Shown in pieces: positions 1 through 9,466 of a stretch of DNA of 64,000 nt (within the stretch, counting starts at the first letter, position 1; each line of letters begins with the position of its first letter). Position numbers and translations under genes: made by a program. The notes below the pieces were generated by a model, which was not told the DNA's origin, made no database searches, and was given only the letters and a program-made list of their open reading frames with translations. Source of the DNA: a virus; IMG/VR virus record IMGVR_UViG_3300009529_000001, positions 45,579 to 109,578 of that record. The stretch is one strand, 5' to 3'.

Positions 1-690
1 AGTGCTTCTGTATATGGATTCAATGATACTAAAGTTTTGACAGAAGAAGATGAACTTAATCCACAAAGTGCATATGGTAGAAGTAAAGTTGAATGCGAAA
101 AATTTTTAGAAGATTGGGAAGAAATCAATCCTGTTATGGTTCGTAAAGGAACTTTGATGGGCGTAAGTGATAGAATGCGTTTTGATCTTGTAGTAAATAC
201 CTTATGTTGGTACGCTTATTTTGAAGGGAAAATTAGTTTATTTTCAGGAGGAGAAACATGGCGTCCCATGGTAAATGTTAAAGACGCTGCAAAATTATAT
301 GATTGGCTATTTCATCATAAAGAATATGAAAAATTTTCTGGACAAAAAATAAATTTAGTTCATAAAAATTATAGAGTAAGTGAATTAGGTTTATTTATGA
401 AATCTTTAATAGAAAATGACAATAAGTATCCAAAACAAATAGAAATTCATTCTGCTTATGCTATTGAAGAACCACGGAGTTATCAGATCAGTAAGGATAA
501 ACTCACTAAATTAGGATTTTTGACTTATTTTGGTTTAAGAGAAACTGTAAAAGAAATATGGCATAATCTCAATGATGGAAAGTATAAGATTAATGATCCA
601 ATCTATTGGAGTGCAAGGTGGTTGGATCATTGTAAAAAAGTTTGTAATATTATTGGAAGGAAGTTTGATCCATTAGAAACTTATGTTTAA
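1..690 (+). CDS. NAD-dependent epimerase/dehydratase (extended SDR), 5'-truncated by window edge
   Basis: Frame open from base 1 (SASVYG...). Catalytic YGRSK (YxxxK), RFDLVVN and WRPMVNVKD motifs typical of nucleotide-sugar epimerases. Confidence 0.85.
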   Translation, partial: SASVYGFNDTKVLTEEDELNPQSAYGRSKVECEKFLEDWEEINPVMVRKGTLMGVSDRMRFDLVVNTLCWYAYFEGKISLFSGGETWRPMVNVKDAAKLYDWLFHHKEYEKFSGQKINLVHKNYRVSELGLFMKSLIENDNKYPKQIEIHSAYAIEEPRSYQISKDKLTKLGFLTYFGLRETVKEIWHNLNDGKYKINDPIYWSARWLDHCKKVCNIIGRKFDPLETYV

Positions 691-1006
691 AACAAAGACA
701 AGATTAATTAATACTCTTGGAAGAGTTTATTACGCTTTTTATTTGAAAGGTGGTAGAAAAAATCCTAAAAGAAAAGATATAGAAGAAAATATATATAAAA
801 CAAAATATCCTGATTCTTTGAAATCATATCAAAAACTTTTTTCTCGATTATTTATACATATTAATGAAAAATTGACACAAAAATCTTATAAGAAAATAAT
901 AAAAATATTAAAAGAAGAAGATAAATTAACCGAGAAAAAAAGGCGCGGTTATATTAAGTGCTGGCGTTTAATGGAGAAATATTATGGAGGTTATTCAAGC
1001 GAATAG
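683..1006 (+). CDS. hypothetical basic protein
   Basis: ORF overlaps both neighbours in operon fashion. Confidence 0.55.
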   Translation: MFKTKTRLINTLGRVYYAFYLKGGRKNPKRKDIEENIYKTKYPDSLKSYQKLFSRLFIHINEKLTQKSYKKIIKILKEEDKLTEKKRRGYIKCWRLMEKYYGGYSSE

Positions 1007-3269
1007 TATTAATGATGGATTAGCAAAAGTTCTTGAAGGTATAGTAGGTAGAGGGAATAAAGTTGATATAAAAGGTAAAGAAACTCTAGAACTTCATCCT
1101 TGTTTAATAGAATTTGATAAACCTCTTAAACGTACATTGCTTTATCCAGGAAGGGGTAATAATCCTTTCGCTAGTCTTGCTGAAACTTTATGGATTTTAG
1201 CAGGACGAAATGACGTTGATTGGCTAAAATTCTTTTTGCCAAGAGCGCCTGATTGGAGCGATGATGGTGAAGTTTGGAGAGCAGGTTATGGACCTCGATT
1301 GAGGCAATGGAAAGCAGAGGGTGAATGTTCTAGTGAATGGACGTTCATTGATCAAATTAAATATGTCTACGATACACTTAAAAATGATCTAATGAGCAGA
1401 CAAGCAATAATATCTTTATGGGATCCTGGTGAAGAATGTACTGTGGGAAAAACATTAGATTGTCCTTGTTCCAATTGGCTACATTTTATGGTAAGGAGAA
1501 AATATAGGCCAGAATTAGCAGATATAAAAGACAAACCTGAAACTTGGACTTTCCATCTAGATTGTGAATTTGTGATCAGATCAAATGATGCAATTTGGGG
1601 ATTCTGTCTTTCCGGTGCTACTAAAATAAAATTATTGGATGGAACTGTTAAACCTATAAAAGATCTTGTTGATAAACAGTTTTGGGTTTATTCAAAAAAT
1701 AATGATAAAGAAATAGTACCCGGAAAAGTTATAAAATGTAAAAAAACAGGAAAGAAAAAAATATTAAAAATAACTTTTAGTGATGGAAGCTTCGTAAGAT
1801 GTTCTAAAAACCATAAGTTTTTATTAAGAGATTGGAAATATAGAAAAGCAAAAAATCTAAAAGTAGGTGATTCAATTGATAGTGTATATTTTAGATTGAA
1901 TAAAAAAGGTTATGAACAATATAACAACGGTGATGGCTGGTTTAATACGCATATAATGGCAAATATTCTGTCGGAAAAGGGAGAATTAGATAGTAATAAT
2001 AATTTTCATATAACTCACCATAAAGATTTTGTTAAACGAAATAATAATCCTGAAAATCTTTTATGGCTGGGGAATTATGATCATCATAGTTTTCATGCTG
2101 AATTATTGCGTAAAATGTGGCGGGATCCTAAATATAGAAAATCAAGAAAGAAAGTTATAAAAAAACTTTTAGCTTTTAATAGAAAACAATGGAAAAATCC
2201 TGAATATAGAAGAGAAAGACGTAAAATCTTAAGTGAAAGAATGATCCAATGGTGGGAAGAAGAAAGATTTGATACTGAATTACATAAAGAAGCTGCTAAA
2301 AATAATTTAATCAATTACAATAAATCTTTTAAAGGGCGTAATAAATCTAGAGAGATTGGACAAACATTTGGAACAGATAATTTTAAGAAATATCACAAAA
2401 CGGGCGGACATTTAAAAACTTTAGCAAAAATTCATAGAGAAAAATTAAACAATACTCCAAAAATTAAATTTAAACGCACTAGAACTAGAATCCTTAATGT
2501 TTTTAATGAATTGAAAAAAAGATTCTTAGAATTTAATGAAGAAAATTATTTTAATTATAAACCAATGGGTAATCCTGGATGGAAAAAAGTTTTTGAATAT
2601 TTTAAAGATTTGGATGAAATAAATGAATGCTTAGAAAATTATAATCACATAGTTACTTCTATAAAATCTGACGGTTATGAAGATACTTATGATTTGGAAG
2701 TAGAAGATTATCACAATTTTGTATTGGAAAATGGTGTTATCGTTCACAATTCTAATATTAATTTTTATGAATGGAGTGTATTACAAGAAATATTAGCAAG
2801 TGTATTAGGTATAGAAATTGGGACATTTTATTATTATGTATCAAGTATACATGTTTACAAACATCATTGGAAACGTGTTAAAAAATTATTGGAAAATAAA
2901 GAAAAATTTGTAGACAATCTTCCTGAATTTAGATTTTGTAGAGGGCAAATTAATCTTGATAAATATTTGGAAGACTGTGAAATGTTATGTAAATATGTAG
3001 AAGAAATAATAATAAATGATAAGAAAAAACTTAAATATTTTATACCTTTTCATGGGGAGAGAGGATCTACTTTAAACGATATTGCTTGTTTATTGTCAGT
3101 TTTTGTAAAAATGAAACAAAACGATAATGCTTGGAGAAAAACTTTGCATTGTATTCCATTTTCTGATTTAAAAGTATCTTGTTATTACTATGCAATGAAA
3201 AATATTTTTAAATACAAAGATTATACAATTCAAGAAGCAATAGAAAAGGTGCAAAAAAATGAGTATTAA
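984..3269 (+). CDS. thymidylate synthase-family enzyme, probably dUMP hydroxymethylase-like, interrupted by an intein
   Basis: NPFASLAETLWIL, YGPRLR, SRQAIISLWDP, catalytic PC (DCPCSN). RSNDAIWGF|SNINFYEWSVLQE is rejoined after intein removal; SIHVY follows. Confidence 0.85.
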   Translation: MEVIQANSINDGLAKVLEGIVGRGNKVDIKGKETLELHPCLIEFDKPLKRTLLYPGRGNNPFASLAETLWILAGRNDVDWLKFFLPRAPDWSDDGEVWRAGYGPRLRQWKAEGECSSEWTFIDQIKYVYDTLKNDLMSRQAIISLWDPGEECTVGKTLDCPCSNWLHFMVRRKYRPELADIKDKPETWTFHLDCEFVIRSNDAIWGFCLSGATKIKLLDGTVKPIKDLVDKQFWVYSKNNDKEIVPGKVIKCKKTGKKKILKITFSDGSFVRCSKNHKFLLRDWKYRKAKNLKVGDSIDSVYFRLNKKGYEQYNNGDGWFNTHIMANILSEKGELDSNNNFHITHHKDFVKRNNNPENLLWLGNYDHHSFHAELLRKMWRDPKYRKSRKKVIKKLLAFNRKQWKNPEYRRERRKILSERMIQWWEEERFDTELHKEAAKNNLINYNKSFKGRNKSREIGQTFGTDNFKKYHKTGGHLKTLAKIHREKLNNTPKIKFKRTRTRILNVFNELKKRFLEFNEENYFNYKPMGNPGWKKVFEYFKDLDEINECLENYNHIVTSIKSDGYEDTYDLEVEDYHNFVLENGVIVHNSNINFYEWSVLQEILASVLGIEIGTFYYYVSSIHVYKHHWKRVKKLLENKEKFVDNLPEFRFCRGQINLDKYLEDCEMLCKYVEEIIINDKKKLKYFIPFHGERGSTLNDIACLLSVFVKMKQNDNAWRKTLHCIPFSDLKVSCYYYAMKNIFKYKDYTIQEAIEKVQKNEY
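1605..2750 (+). mobile_element. intein (382 aa) with HNH-type endonuclease domain
   Basis: N-terminal CLSGATKIKL, block B CSKNHKF, C-terminal TYDLEVEDYHNF...VIVHN followed by Ser +1. Internal HHKDFVKRNNNPENL..H HNH motif. Confidence 0.9.
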
Positions 3270-5313
3270 TATTGATCATGGAAAAGATGTTAGAGATACA
3301 TGGACGCATACTGCTCCTCCTGTAAAAAGAAACCATGTTGAAGAGCGATTTTGTCTTAATGCTGATATTAAAAAACTTCTGTATTCTAATCCTCAAGAAT
3401 TTGGGTATGATTATTTTGGAGAATTTATTTTCTATAGAACTTATAGTAGGTCGAAAGAAGATGGAACAAATGAATCTTGGGCTGATGTTGTAATCAGAGT
3501 GACAGAAGGTACATTTTCTATTAGAAAAGACTGGTATAAGAAATGCGGTATAAGATGGAATGAAAACGCGGCTCAAAGTTATGCTCGGAAATTTGCACTA
3601 TCACTTTTCAATATAAAATGGACTCCACCTGGACGTGGTCTTTGGGCAATGGGCACAGATTATGTATACAAACGTGGATCCGCTGCTTTGTATAATTGCG
3701 CCTACGTAACAATTAAAGACCTTCCTGGAGATGCTCATTGGTTAATGGATATGTTGATGAATGGAGTAGGTGTAGGATTTGGAATCGGTGATAATTTTAA
3801 TCAATGCTTACAATTTCCTAATCCTGATAAACATTTGGAAGTAGTTATTGGAGATGACAGAGAAGGATGGTGTGAATCTGTTAGATTATTATTACAATCT
3901 TATATTATACCTGGATTTTCTACAGTAAAATTTAATTATAGTAAAATAAGAAAAGCTGGTCTTCTTATAAAAGGATTTGGTGGATTAAGTTCTGGACCTG
4001 AACCTTTAATACAATTACATGAGAGAATAAGAAAATATTGTTCAGATTATATTGGAATGAAAAATAGCGAAACAAGATTGATCACAGATATTATAAATGC
4101 AATAGGATGCTGTGTTGTTGCAGGAAATGTCAGACGATCAGCGGAAATTGCTGTAGGTTCTATATATGATGAAGTATTTTTAAATCTTAAAAATTATGAT
4201 AAATATCCCGAAAGAAAAGATATTGGATGGATGTCAAATAATTCTGTATGGTTAAAGAAAACAGAGGATTTTGCGTATCTTCCTCAGATAGCAAAACGCA
4301 TTATTGAAAATGGAGAACCTGGATTTGTGAATGGAATCAACGTAAAAGAATATGGAAGAGTTGGTAAAAAAGATGTTGTGCGAGAAGATGAAGCAGAAGG
4401 AATAAATCCTTGTGGTGAAGTTCCGTTGGAAAGCTGTGAGGTATGTAACCTTTCGGAGACCTATCCAACAAGATGTAATAGTTGGGAAGATTGGTTAGAT
4501 GCTTGTGAACATGCAACGTTTTATTGTTCTACTGTAGCTTTACTTCCTACACATAGATCAGAAACAAATGCTGTGGTAGCAAGAAATAGAAGGATTGGTG
4601 TAGGATTAGTTGATTTTAGTGGATGGAAAGAACAAACAAATCTTACTGAGATTACTACGCTGCTGCGTAAGGGCTACAAACATATAAGGTCGGTTAATAA
4701 GCGTCTAGCGGCCGAAGCTGGCGTCCCAGAAAGCATTAGAGTAACGGTTGTAAAACCGGGCGGTACTGTGCCAAAGCTTGCAGGCAGAACAAGCGGTATA
4801 GGACATCCTACATTTATTTATACTATTAGAAGGGTGAGAATTCAAAACAATAGTCCTATAGCAAAATTTCTTGCAGACCATAATGTGCCTTATGAAAAAG
4901 ATAAATATAGTGATAATACTTTGGTGTTTGAATTTCCTATTAAACAGGGTCCAGCAAAACCTGCGAGTGAAGTAAGATTATGGGAACAGGCAATGAACGT
5001 TGTACTAATACAGAGGGAGTGGGCTGATAATGCTGTATCAAATACCATTATGTTCAATCCTGAAACAGAGGCAAAAGAAGTAGAATCTGTAATTGCATGT
5101 ATAGCTCCTTTGGTCAAGTCAATTTCAATGTGTCCACACAGTACAAGAGGAGCCTATGAACAGATGCCCGAGGAAGGATGTAGTAAAGAAGAATACGAAA
5201 AAAGGTTAAGCGATATTAAAAAGATGGATTGGTCCAAATATTCTGGAACAGATGGAATGGATACAAAATTTTGTGATGGGGAGGCTTGTGAATTAGATGT
5301 TCAAAATTCTTAA
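3259..5313 (+). CDS. nrdJ: class II (adenosylcobalamin-dependent) ribonucleotide reductase, monomeric RTPR-like
   Basis: RTYSR, PPGRGLW, LYNC, GNVRRSAEI, NPCGE, KPGGT and a C-terminal CDGEAC redox pair. Confidence 0.9.
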   Translation: MSINIDHGKDVRDTWTHTAPPVKRNHVEERFCLNADIKKLLYSNPQEFGYDYFGEFIFYRTYSRSKEDGTNESWADVVIRVTEGTFSIRKDWYKKCGIRWNENAAQSYARKFALSLFNIKWTPPGRGLWAMGTDYVYKRGSAALYNCAYVTIKDLPGDAHWLMDMLMNGVGVGFGIGDNFNQCLQFPNPDKHLEVVIGDDREGWCESVRLLLQSYIIPGFSTVKFNYSKIRKAGLLIKGFGGLSSGPEPLIQLHERIRKYCSDYIGMKNSETRLITDIINAIGCCVVAGNVRRSAEIAVGSIYDEVFLNLKNYDKYPERKDIGWMSNNSVWLKKTEDFAYLPQIAKRIIENGEPGFVNGINVKEYGRVGKKDVVREDEAEGINPCGEVPLESCEVCNLSETYPTRCNSWEDWLDACEHATFYCSTVALLPTHRSETNAVVARNRRIGVGLVDFSGWKEQTNLTEITTLLRKGYKHIRSVNKRLAAEAGVPESIRVTVVKPGGTVPKLAGRTSGIGHPTFIYTIRRVRIQNNSPIAKFLADHNVPYEKDKYSDNTLVFEFPIKQGPAKPASEVRLWEQAMNVVLIQREWADNAVSNTIMFNPETEAKEVESVIACIAPLVKSISMCPHSTRGAYEQMPEEGCSKEEYEKRLSDIKKMDWSKYSGTDGMDTKFCDGEACELDVQNS

Positions 5314-5324
5314 AGGAGAAGATC

Positions 5325-5564
5325 ATGGCTGATGAAGAGAAAGTTGAAAAAAAGAAGAAGAGTTGGAAGACTACGATTTGTGGTATTGTGGTAGGATTGG
5401 GACTCATTATTAAAGCATTTACGCCAATGTTGGATGGAATTGAAGAGACTGTGTTTTCTTTGAAAGAAGCATGGCCGATCATTATTACTGGACTCGGAGC
5501 AATGGGAATCGGTTGGTTTGCGCGTGATAACAAGGTAAGTTCTGAAGATGCAGGAGTTAAGTAA
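5325..5564 (+). CDS. holin-like small membrane protein (2 TM)
   Basis: SWKTTICGIVVGLGLII and WPIIITGLGAMGIGWFARD hydrophobic segments; strong RBS AAGGAG. Confidence 0.6.
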   Translation: MADEEKVEKKKKSWKTTICGIVVGLGLIIKAFTPMLDGIEETVFSLKEAWPIIITGLGAMGIGWFARDNKVSSEDAGVK

Positions 5565-5746
5565 TGGGTTGGATCAGCGAAATTATAAAAGGCATTGCCC
5601 ATCTACTGAAAGTCTTTTTTGGTATGGATAAACCTGAAGAAAAGGAAATAAAAGATGCTCCTACGCCGGATGCTCTTAAGCCTACTGATGATGAGCTTGA
5701 TGCTGGTCTCGGGATGCATAACAATCGGTCCGAGAATAAAAACTGA
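5564..5746 (+). CDS. small protein with amphipathic N-terminus, possible i-spanin-like partner
   Basis: Coupled TAATG start; overlapped out of frame by a lipoprotein gene (Rz/Rz1-like layout). Confidence 0.45.
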   Translation: MGWISEIIKGIAHLLKVFFGMDKPEEKEIKDAPTPDALKPTDDELDAGLGMHNNRSENKN

Positions 5747-5960
5747 ATTCGTCATTGTTCGTCTTGGCAATCCAGTTCAAGTTCTTGATAATAAAGTTGT
5801 AAGATGCAGACGAGTAGGTGATAAGTCCATAGGTGAACAAGACATAGGCGGTTGGTATGCGATGCCTGAAGATTCCTTTAATAGAATGATGAAGTTAGCT
5901 ACGATAGGGAAAAAATATGAAAAAGAAGAAAAGCGAGAAAAAGAAGAGGGTAATCCGTAG
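5655..5960 (+). CDS. lipoprotein, o-spanin-like
   Basis: Signal peptide MLLRRMLLSLLMMSLMLVSG-C with lipobox. Confidence 0.6.
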   Translation: MLLRRMLLSLLMMSLMLVSGCITIGPRIKTEFVIVRLGNPVQVLDNKVVRCRRVGDKSIGEQDIGGWYAMPEDSFNRMMKLATIGKKYEKEEKREKEEGNP

Positions 5961-6300
5961 AATTCAAAGATATGTTGATGAAGCGAATGGAACAGAAGTT
6001 AGATGTTATACCCGTGTTGGAGCAAAAAAAGATATCTTTTTTACAACTCCTGTTAAAGCTATAACAGGACAAATAGTAGAAGTGAAAATTGAGGATGCGC
6101 ATACTGTAGATGGCGCATACGATAAATTAGAAGCTAGTGTGGAAAAGTTTGGAAAAGAAATGGAAGAAAAATTTAAGAAAAAACTTCAAGAAAAACAGAA
6201 GAAAATAATTAAAGCTGGTATGTCTCCTGATGAACTTATGGATATTGTCCAAAAACAAGGCATGGATGAAGAAGATATTAAAGGTATTATAATCCCATGA
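5917..6300 (+). CDS. hypothetical protein
   Basis: Operon-coupled ORF. Confidence 0.6.
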   Translation: MKKKKSEKKKRVIRRIQRYVDEANGTEVRCYTRVGAKKDIFFTTPVKAITGQIVEVKIEDAHTVDGAYDKLEASVEKFGKEMEEKFKKKLQEKQKKIIKAGMSPDELMDIVQKQGMDEEDIKGIIIP

Positions 6301-6836
6301 ATAGAAATATTGATTTAGACGGAAATATTGGTCATAGAATAGCTATACTTATAGATGTAGAAAATGTTTATAAGATAGCAAAAAGGTTCCGAGATTCACG
6401 ACTTAATTATGAAAAATTTTTGAAATGGGTTGCTGGAGAATATAGTGTCACTATTGCTACAGCTTATGTGTTAATGGATCCTGGTAATATAGAAAATGAA
6501 AAAAAGTTTTTAAGCGCATTAAGATTATCAGGTTATGATATCAGAACAAAACCTGCTTGGTTTAAAAAATCTAATTTAGATGAAGAGAAGGTTCCTAGGA
6601 ATGATTGGGTTTTAGGAATTTCTTTGGACGCTATAACATTATCTCATAAGGTAGATACTATAGCTATAGTCAGTAGTAATAGAAACTTTGTTGAAACTTG
6701 TTATTATTTGAAAAATAAAGTAAGAATAGAAATAATATCTATTAAAGACGCTATAGATCCAGTTTTGTTAAAAGCGTGTACTGAGTTTAATGAAATCAAC
6801 GAAGAATGTTTTGATCCTTTTAATAGAGAAGATTAA
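6297..6836 (+). CDS. NYN/LabA (DUF88) PIN-fold protein, degenerate active site
   Basis: IAILIDVENV, D..LGISLD, DTIAIVSSNRNF (canonical SGDxDF). Confidence 0.75.
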   Translation: MNRNIDLDGNIGHRIAILIDVENVYKIAKRFRDSRLNYEKFLKWVAGEYSVTIATAYVLMDPGNIENEKKFLSALRLSGYDIRTKPAWFKKSNLDEEKVPRNDWVLGISLDAITLSHKVDTIAIVSSNRNFVETCYYLKNKVRIEIISIKDAIDPVLLKACTEFNEINEECFDPFNRED

Positions 6837-7120
6837 TGATTACAGTAAAATATCAATGCCAAAACTGTGAATATATTGAAAAGCATTATCTTAAAAATAA
6901 AAATTGGGATGATGCTGCAAAATTTATAGATTGTCCAAAGTGTGGATTTTTATCCGAAAAACTATTTCCATGTCCACGGCATGAAATAAAAGAAACCAAT
7001 GAACCTTTCAGTGCAAAGCCCGGAAGTTATTGGAGGAATGCAGAAAAAAATCGTCAAAAAGTTGCAAGAAAAAAAGCTGAAGCCGAAGCAGAAAAGAAAC
7101 GTTATGGCAAAAAAGATTGA
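6836..7120 (+). CDS. zinc-ribbon protein (FmdB-like)
   Basis: YQCQNC and CPKCG pairs. Confidence 0.65.
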   Translation: MITVKYQCQNCEYIEKHYLKNKNWDDAAKFIDCPKCGFLSEKLFPCPRHEIKETNEPFSAKPGSYWRNAEKNRQKVARKKAEAEAEKKRYGKKD

Positions 7121-8108
7121 TGCGAAGGAATTTATTTTACAACTTTTAGAAGAAGCAAATTGTCGTGGAATTCATCCAGTAGGTAAAGAAAATTTTAATT
7201 GTCAATGTCCATTTCATAGACCTAAGAAAAATACAACAGCTTTTGGAATATCTTTTGTTAATGAAGAATTTGGTTATCCTTTCAGATGTTTTAGTTGTGG
7301 AATAACTGGAACAATAATATCTTTAATTGTTTTTTTGAAAAAATGCTCTTATAAGCAAGCTGAAAATATATTTTATAAAAGAGTTTTAATAACTCCTGCT
7401 GATACGAAAACACTTAAAAGAAAATTGAAAAATATTAAATATAGAATGGATGAATCTATAGATCATAAACTTAAACTTGAATTACCGAAAAGATCTAATA
7501 AAAATAAAAAAATGTGGAATTATCTAAAGGAACGCAATGAAGAAAAACACCATACTTTGTTGTTTCCTGAGTATCTGGTGGGTAAGTACCTTCTCTATTA
7601 CTGCAATACTGGATTCTATTCTCGTCGGATCATTATGCCTATCCGTGACATGGATGGGACTGTTATATACCTTACCAACAGAGCTATTGACGACAACGAG
7701 ACAAGAAAAACTTTGCATCCACCAGGATTTAACAATGAAGAATATGTCCATGGATTGTATGAAGCAAGAGAAAAGAAAAAGGTAATAGTAGTTGAAGGTC
7801 CATTTGATATGTTCCAATTAGTTTGCGGATCATTAAGAATAAAAAGGAAGGATATTGGTATAATATCTATTTTAGGCACAGAGATGAATGAAGAACGTGC
7901 AAGCATTATTTCTGATACATTTGAAGAAGCTTATTTATTATTTGATCAGGATGAAGCGGGTTGGATAGCTGATAAAAAAGGTAAAAATATTCTTGGTGAC
8001 TATATGAAGGTAACATCTTTGCATGGATCAATAAATCGTGGAAAAGACCCCGGTTCATGCAATATGAGGCTGTTAAGACGAGTTTTTAATCAAATAGCCG
8101 AAAACTAA
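7104..8108 (+). CDS. DNA primase (CHC2 zinc finger + TOPRIM)
   Basis: CPFH...FRCFSCG, RIIMPI, VVEGPFD, FDQDEAG, KDPG. Start placed at MAKKID. Confidence 0.85.
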   Translation: MAKKIDAKEFILQLLEEANCRGIHPVGKENFNCQCPFHRPKKNTTAFGISFVNEEFGYPFRCFSCGITGTIISLIVFLKKCSYKQAENIFYKRVLITPADTKTLKRKLKNIKYRMDESIDHKLKLELPKRSNKNKKMWNYLKERNEEKHHTLLFPEYLVGKYLLYYCNTGFYSRRIIMPIRDMDGTVIYLTNRAIDDNETRKTLHPPGFNNEEYVHGLYEAREKKKVIVVEGPFDMFQLVCGSLRIKRKDIGIISILGTEMNEERASIISDTFEEAYLLFDQDEAGWIADKKGKNILGDYMKVTSLHGSINRGKDPGSCNMRLLRRVFNQIAEN

Positions 8109-8116
8109 GCAAAACT

Positions 8117-8173
8117 GGAACGTTGTAGTGCCCATAGGACGATCAGAAATAAGTAAGGTATACCAAGGGTAGG
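8117..8173 (+). promoter_or_regulatory. copy 1 of dispersed intergenic element GGAWCGYT-N12-RGACGWTY-N12-14-GGTA-N6-8-GTAKG
   Basis: Aligns with 19306-19362 (+) and 31556-31612 (-). Confidence 0.55.
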
Positions 8174-8188
8174 GGGTTAAAATGGCCT

Positions 8189-8308
8189 ATGAACAACGAC
8201 GAATCAAGAGATATCTTCTTAGGGATTTTGATTATAACGGTGATATTATCTGTCTTCATAGGGTTGACATGTATAGTAGTATATGGATTAAAATGGTTAT
8301 TTTTTTAG
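8189..8308 (+). CDS. 39-aa single-TM peptide
   Basis: MNNDESRDIFLGILIITVILSVFIGLTCIVVYGLKWLFF*, read by hand; below the ORF-track cutoff. Confidence 0.45.
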   Translation: MNNDESRDIFLGILIITVILSVFIGLTCIVVYGLKWLFF

Positions 8309-8317
8309 GATTATATT

Positions 8318-8532
8318 ATGGCAAAAGAAGATTTTGAAAAAGAAGAATTTATAAGGAAGTTGGCAAAGAAAAAAAGGATTTAATGTACATAAAGAAGTTG
8401 TGCATACTTATCATCTTCATGAAGATGTTAAGCGTAATGGAGAATTTTCTGTAATAGCTAATCAAGATAGGAAAAAAGCTCAAAAATCAGTAATAAGATT
8501 TTTAAGGACAAAAGAAGATAAGGGGGAATTAA
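8318..8532 (+). pseudogene. small gene split by a frameshift in an A7 run (8369-8375)
   Basis: MAKEDFEKEEFIRKLAKK continues as GFNVHKEVV...RGN* if one A is removed; that stop abuts the next ATG at 8533. Confidence 0.45.
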
Positions 8533-8811
8533 ATGATTAGAAAAACTCTTCAGGATGATTTAAATAATATAGCTGGAGATCTTAAGACCCTTATCAAAAG
8601 ACAAAAGAAGAAAAAGCCTAAGAAAAAACCCAAAAAGAAACCTAAGAAAAAACCCAAAAAGAAACCTAAGAAAAAACCAGCACAAGACGGAAGTGGTGGT
8701 GGTGAAGGTCAACCCGGAGGAGGGAGAAGAAATCGTAATCCTAAACCTTGTCCAACTGATGGACCTGGACAAGGACGTGGTGGTGGAAGAGGAGGAGGGA
8801 GAAATAGATAA
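8533..8811 (+). CDS. basic low-complexity protein with (KKKP)6 and Gly/Arg-rich tail
   Basis: 12-nt repeat with synonymous variation at 8608-8679; RGGGRGGGR tail. Confidence 0.65.
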   Translation: MIRKTLQDDLNNIAGDLKTLIKRQKKKKPKKKPKKKPKKKPKKKPKKKPAQDGSGGGEGQPGGGRRNRNPKPCPTDGPGQGRGGGRGGGRNR

Positions 8812-9032
8812 TGCCATTTTCTATTAGAAAACAACGTTGTAAAAAAGCTGATGGTTCTAAAGGGAATTATGTAGTATATCGGACAGACACTGGGAAAAAA
8901 GTATCTTGTCATTCAACAAGAGCGAAAGCTGAAGCTGCCATGCGAGCAAGAATAGCAGGATCTGAAGATCTTAGTTTAGATATTCGGGAAGAAATTAAAA
9001 AAGATATGGACAATATTGAGGAGAAATTATGA
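8811..9032 (+). CDS. hypothetical protein
   Basis: Coupled TAATG start; GKKVSCHSTRAKAEA motif. Confidence 0.6.
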   Translation: MPFSIRKQRCKKADGSKGNYVVYRTDTGKKVSCHSTRAKAEAAMRARIAGSEDLSLDIREEIKKDMDNIEEKL

Positions 9033-9466
9033 AAAAAGAAAAAAAGTCTGGTAAAAAGAAGAAACGTGTTAATTTTCCTTGGTTGAAAAAAAAACAAACG
9101 AAAACTTTGAAGTATTTCCTTGCTTATTATCTTGACAAAATAGGTTTTGCTAAGGTCATAAGAGGAAAACTAAGTTTCGGAAGTTATGTGCAAAAAAAAG
9201 TTATTCCTGTTGTGCGTCGAAAATTTCCTTCAGCTTACAGGATTGTCAAGAAACATTATAAGGAACATGGAAGGAAATTGAGTCGGAAGGAATTTAATAA
9301 CTTGATTTTCCTTAGAATCTCTGCTATGTTTAAGTATCGGAAGGGAGATAAAAAAATCGAGAAAACTTCCGAACATCCTTTGAAATCTAAGAAAAAAAAT
9401 ATGAAGTGTTCTGGACTTGCCAAGTTATTAATAGAAATGGATAAAACTTATGAAGAAGTTAAGTAA
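9029..9466 (+). CDS. hypothetical basic protein
   Basis: RBS GAGGAG; operon-coupled. Confidence 0.55.
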   Translation: MKKEKKSGKKKKRVNFPWLKKKQTKTLKYFLAYYLDKIGFAKVIRGKLSFGSYVQKKVIPVVRRKFPSAYRIVKKHYKEHGRKLSRKEFNNLIFLRISAMFKYRKGDKKIEKTSEHPLKSKKKNMKCSGLAKLLIEMDKTYEEVK

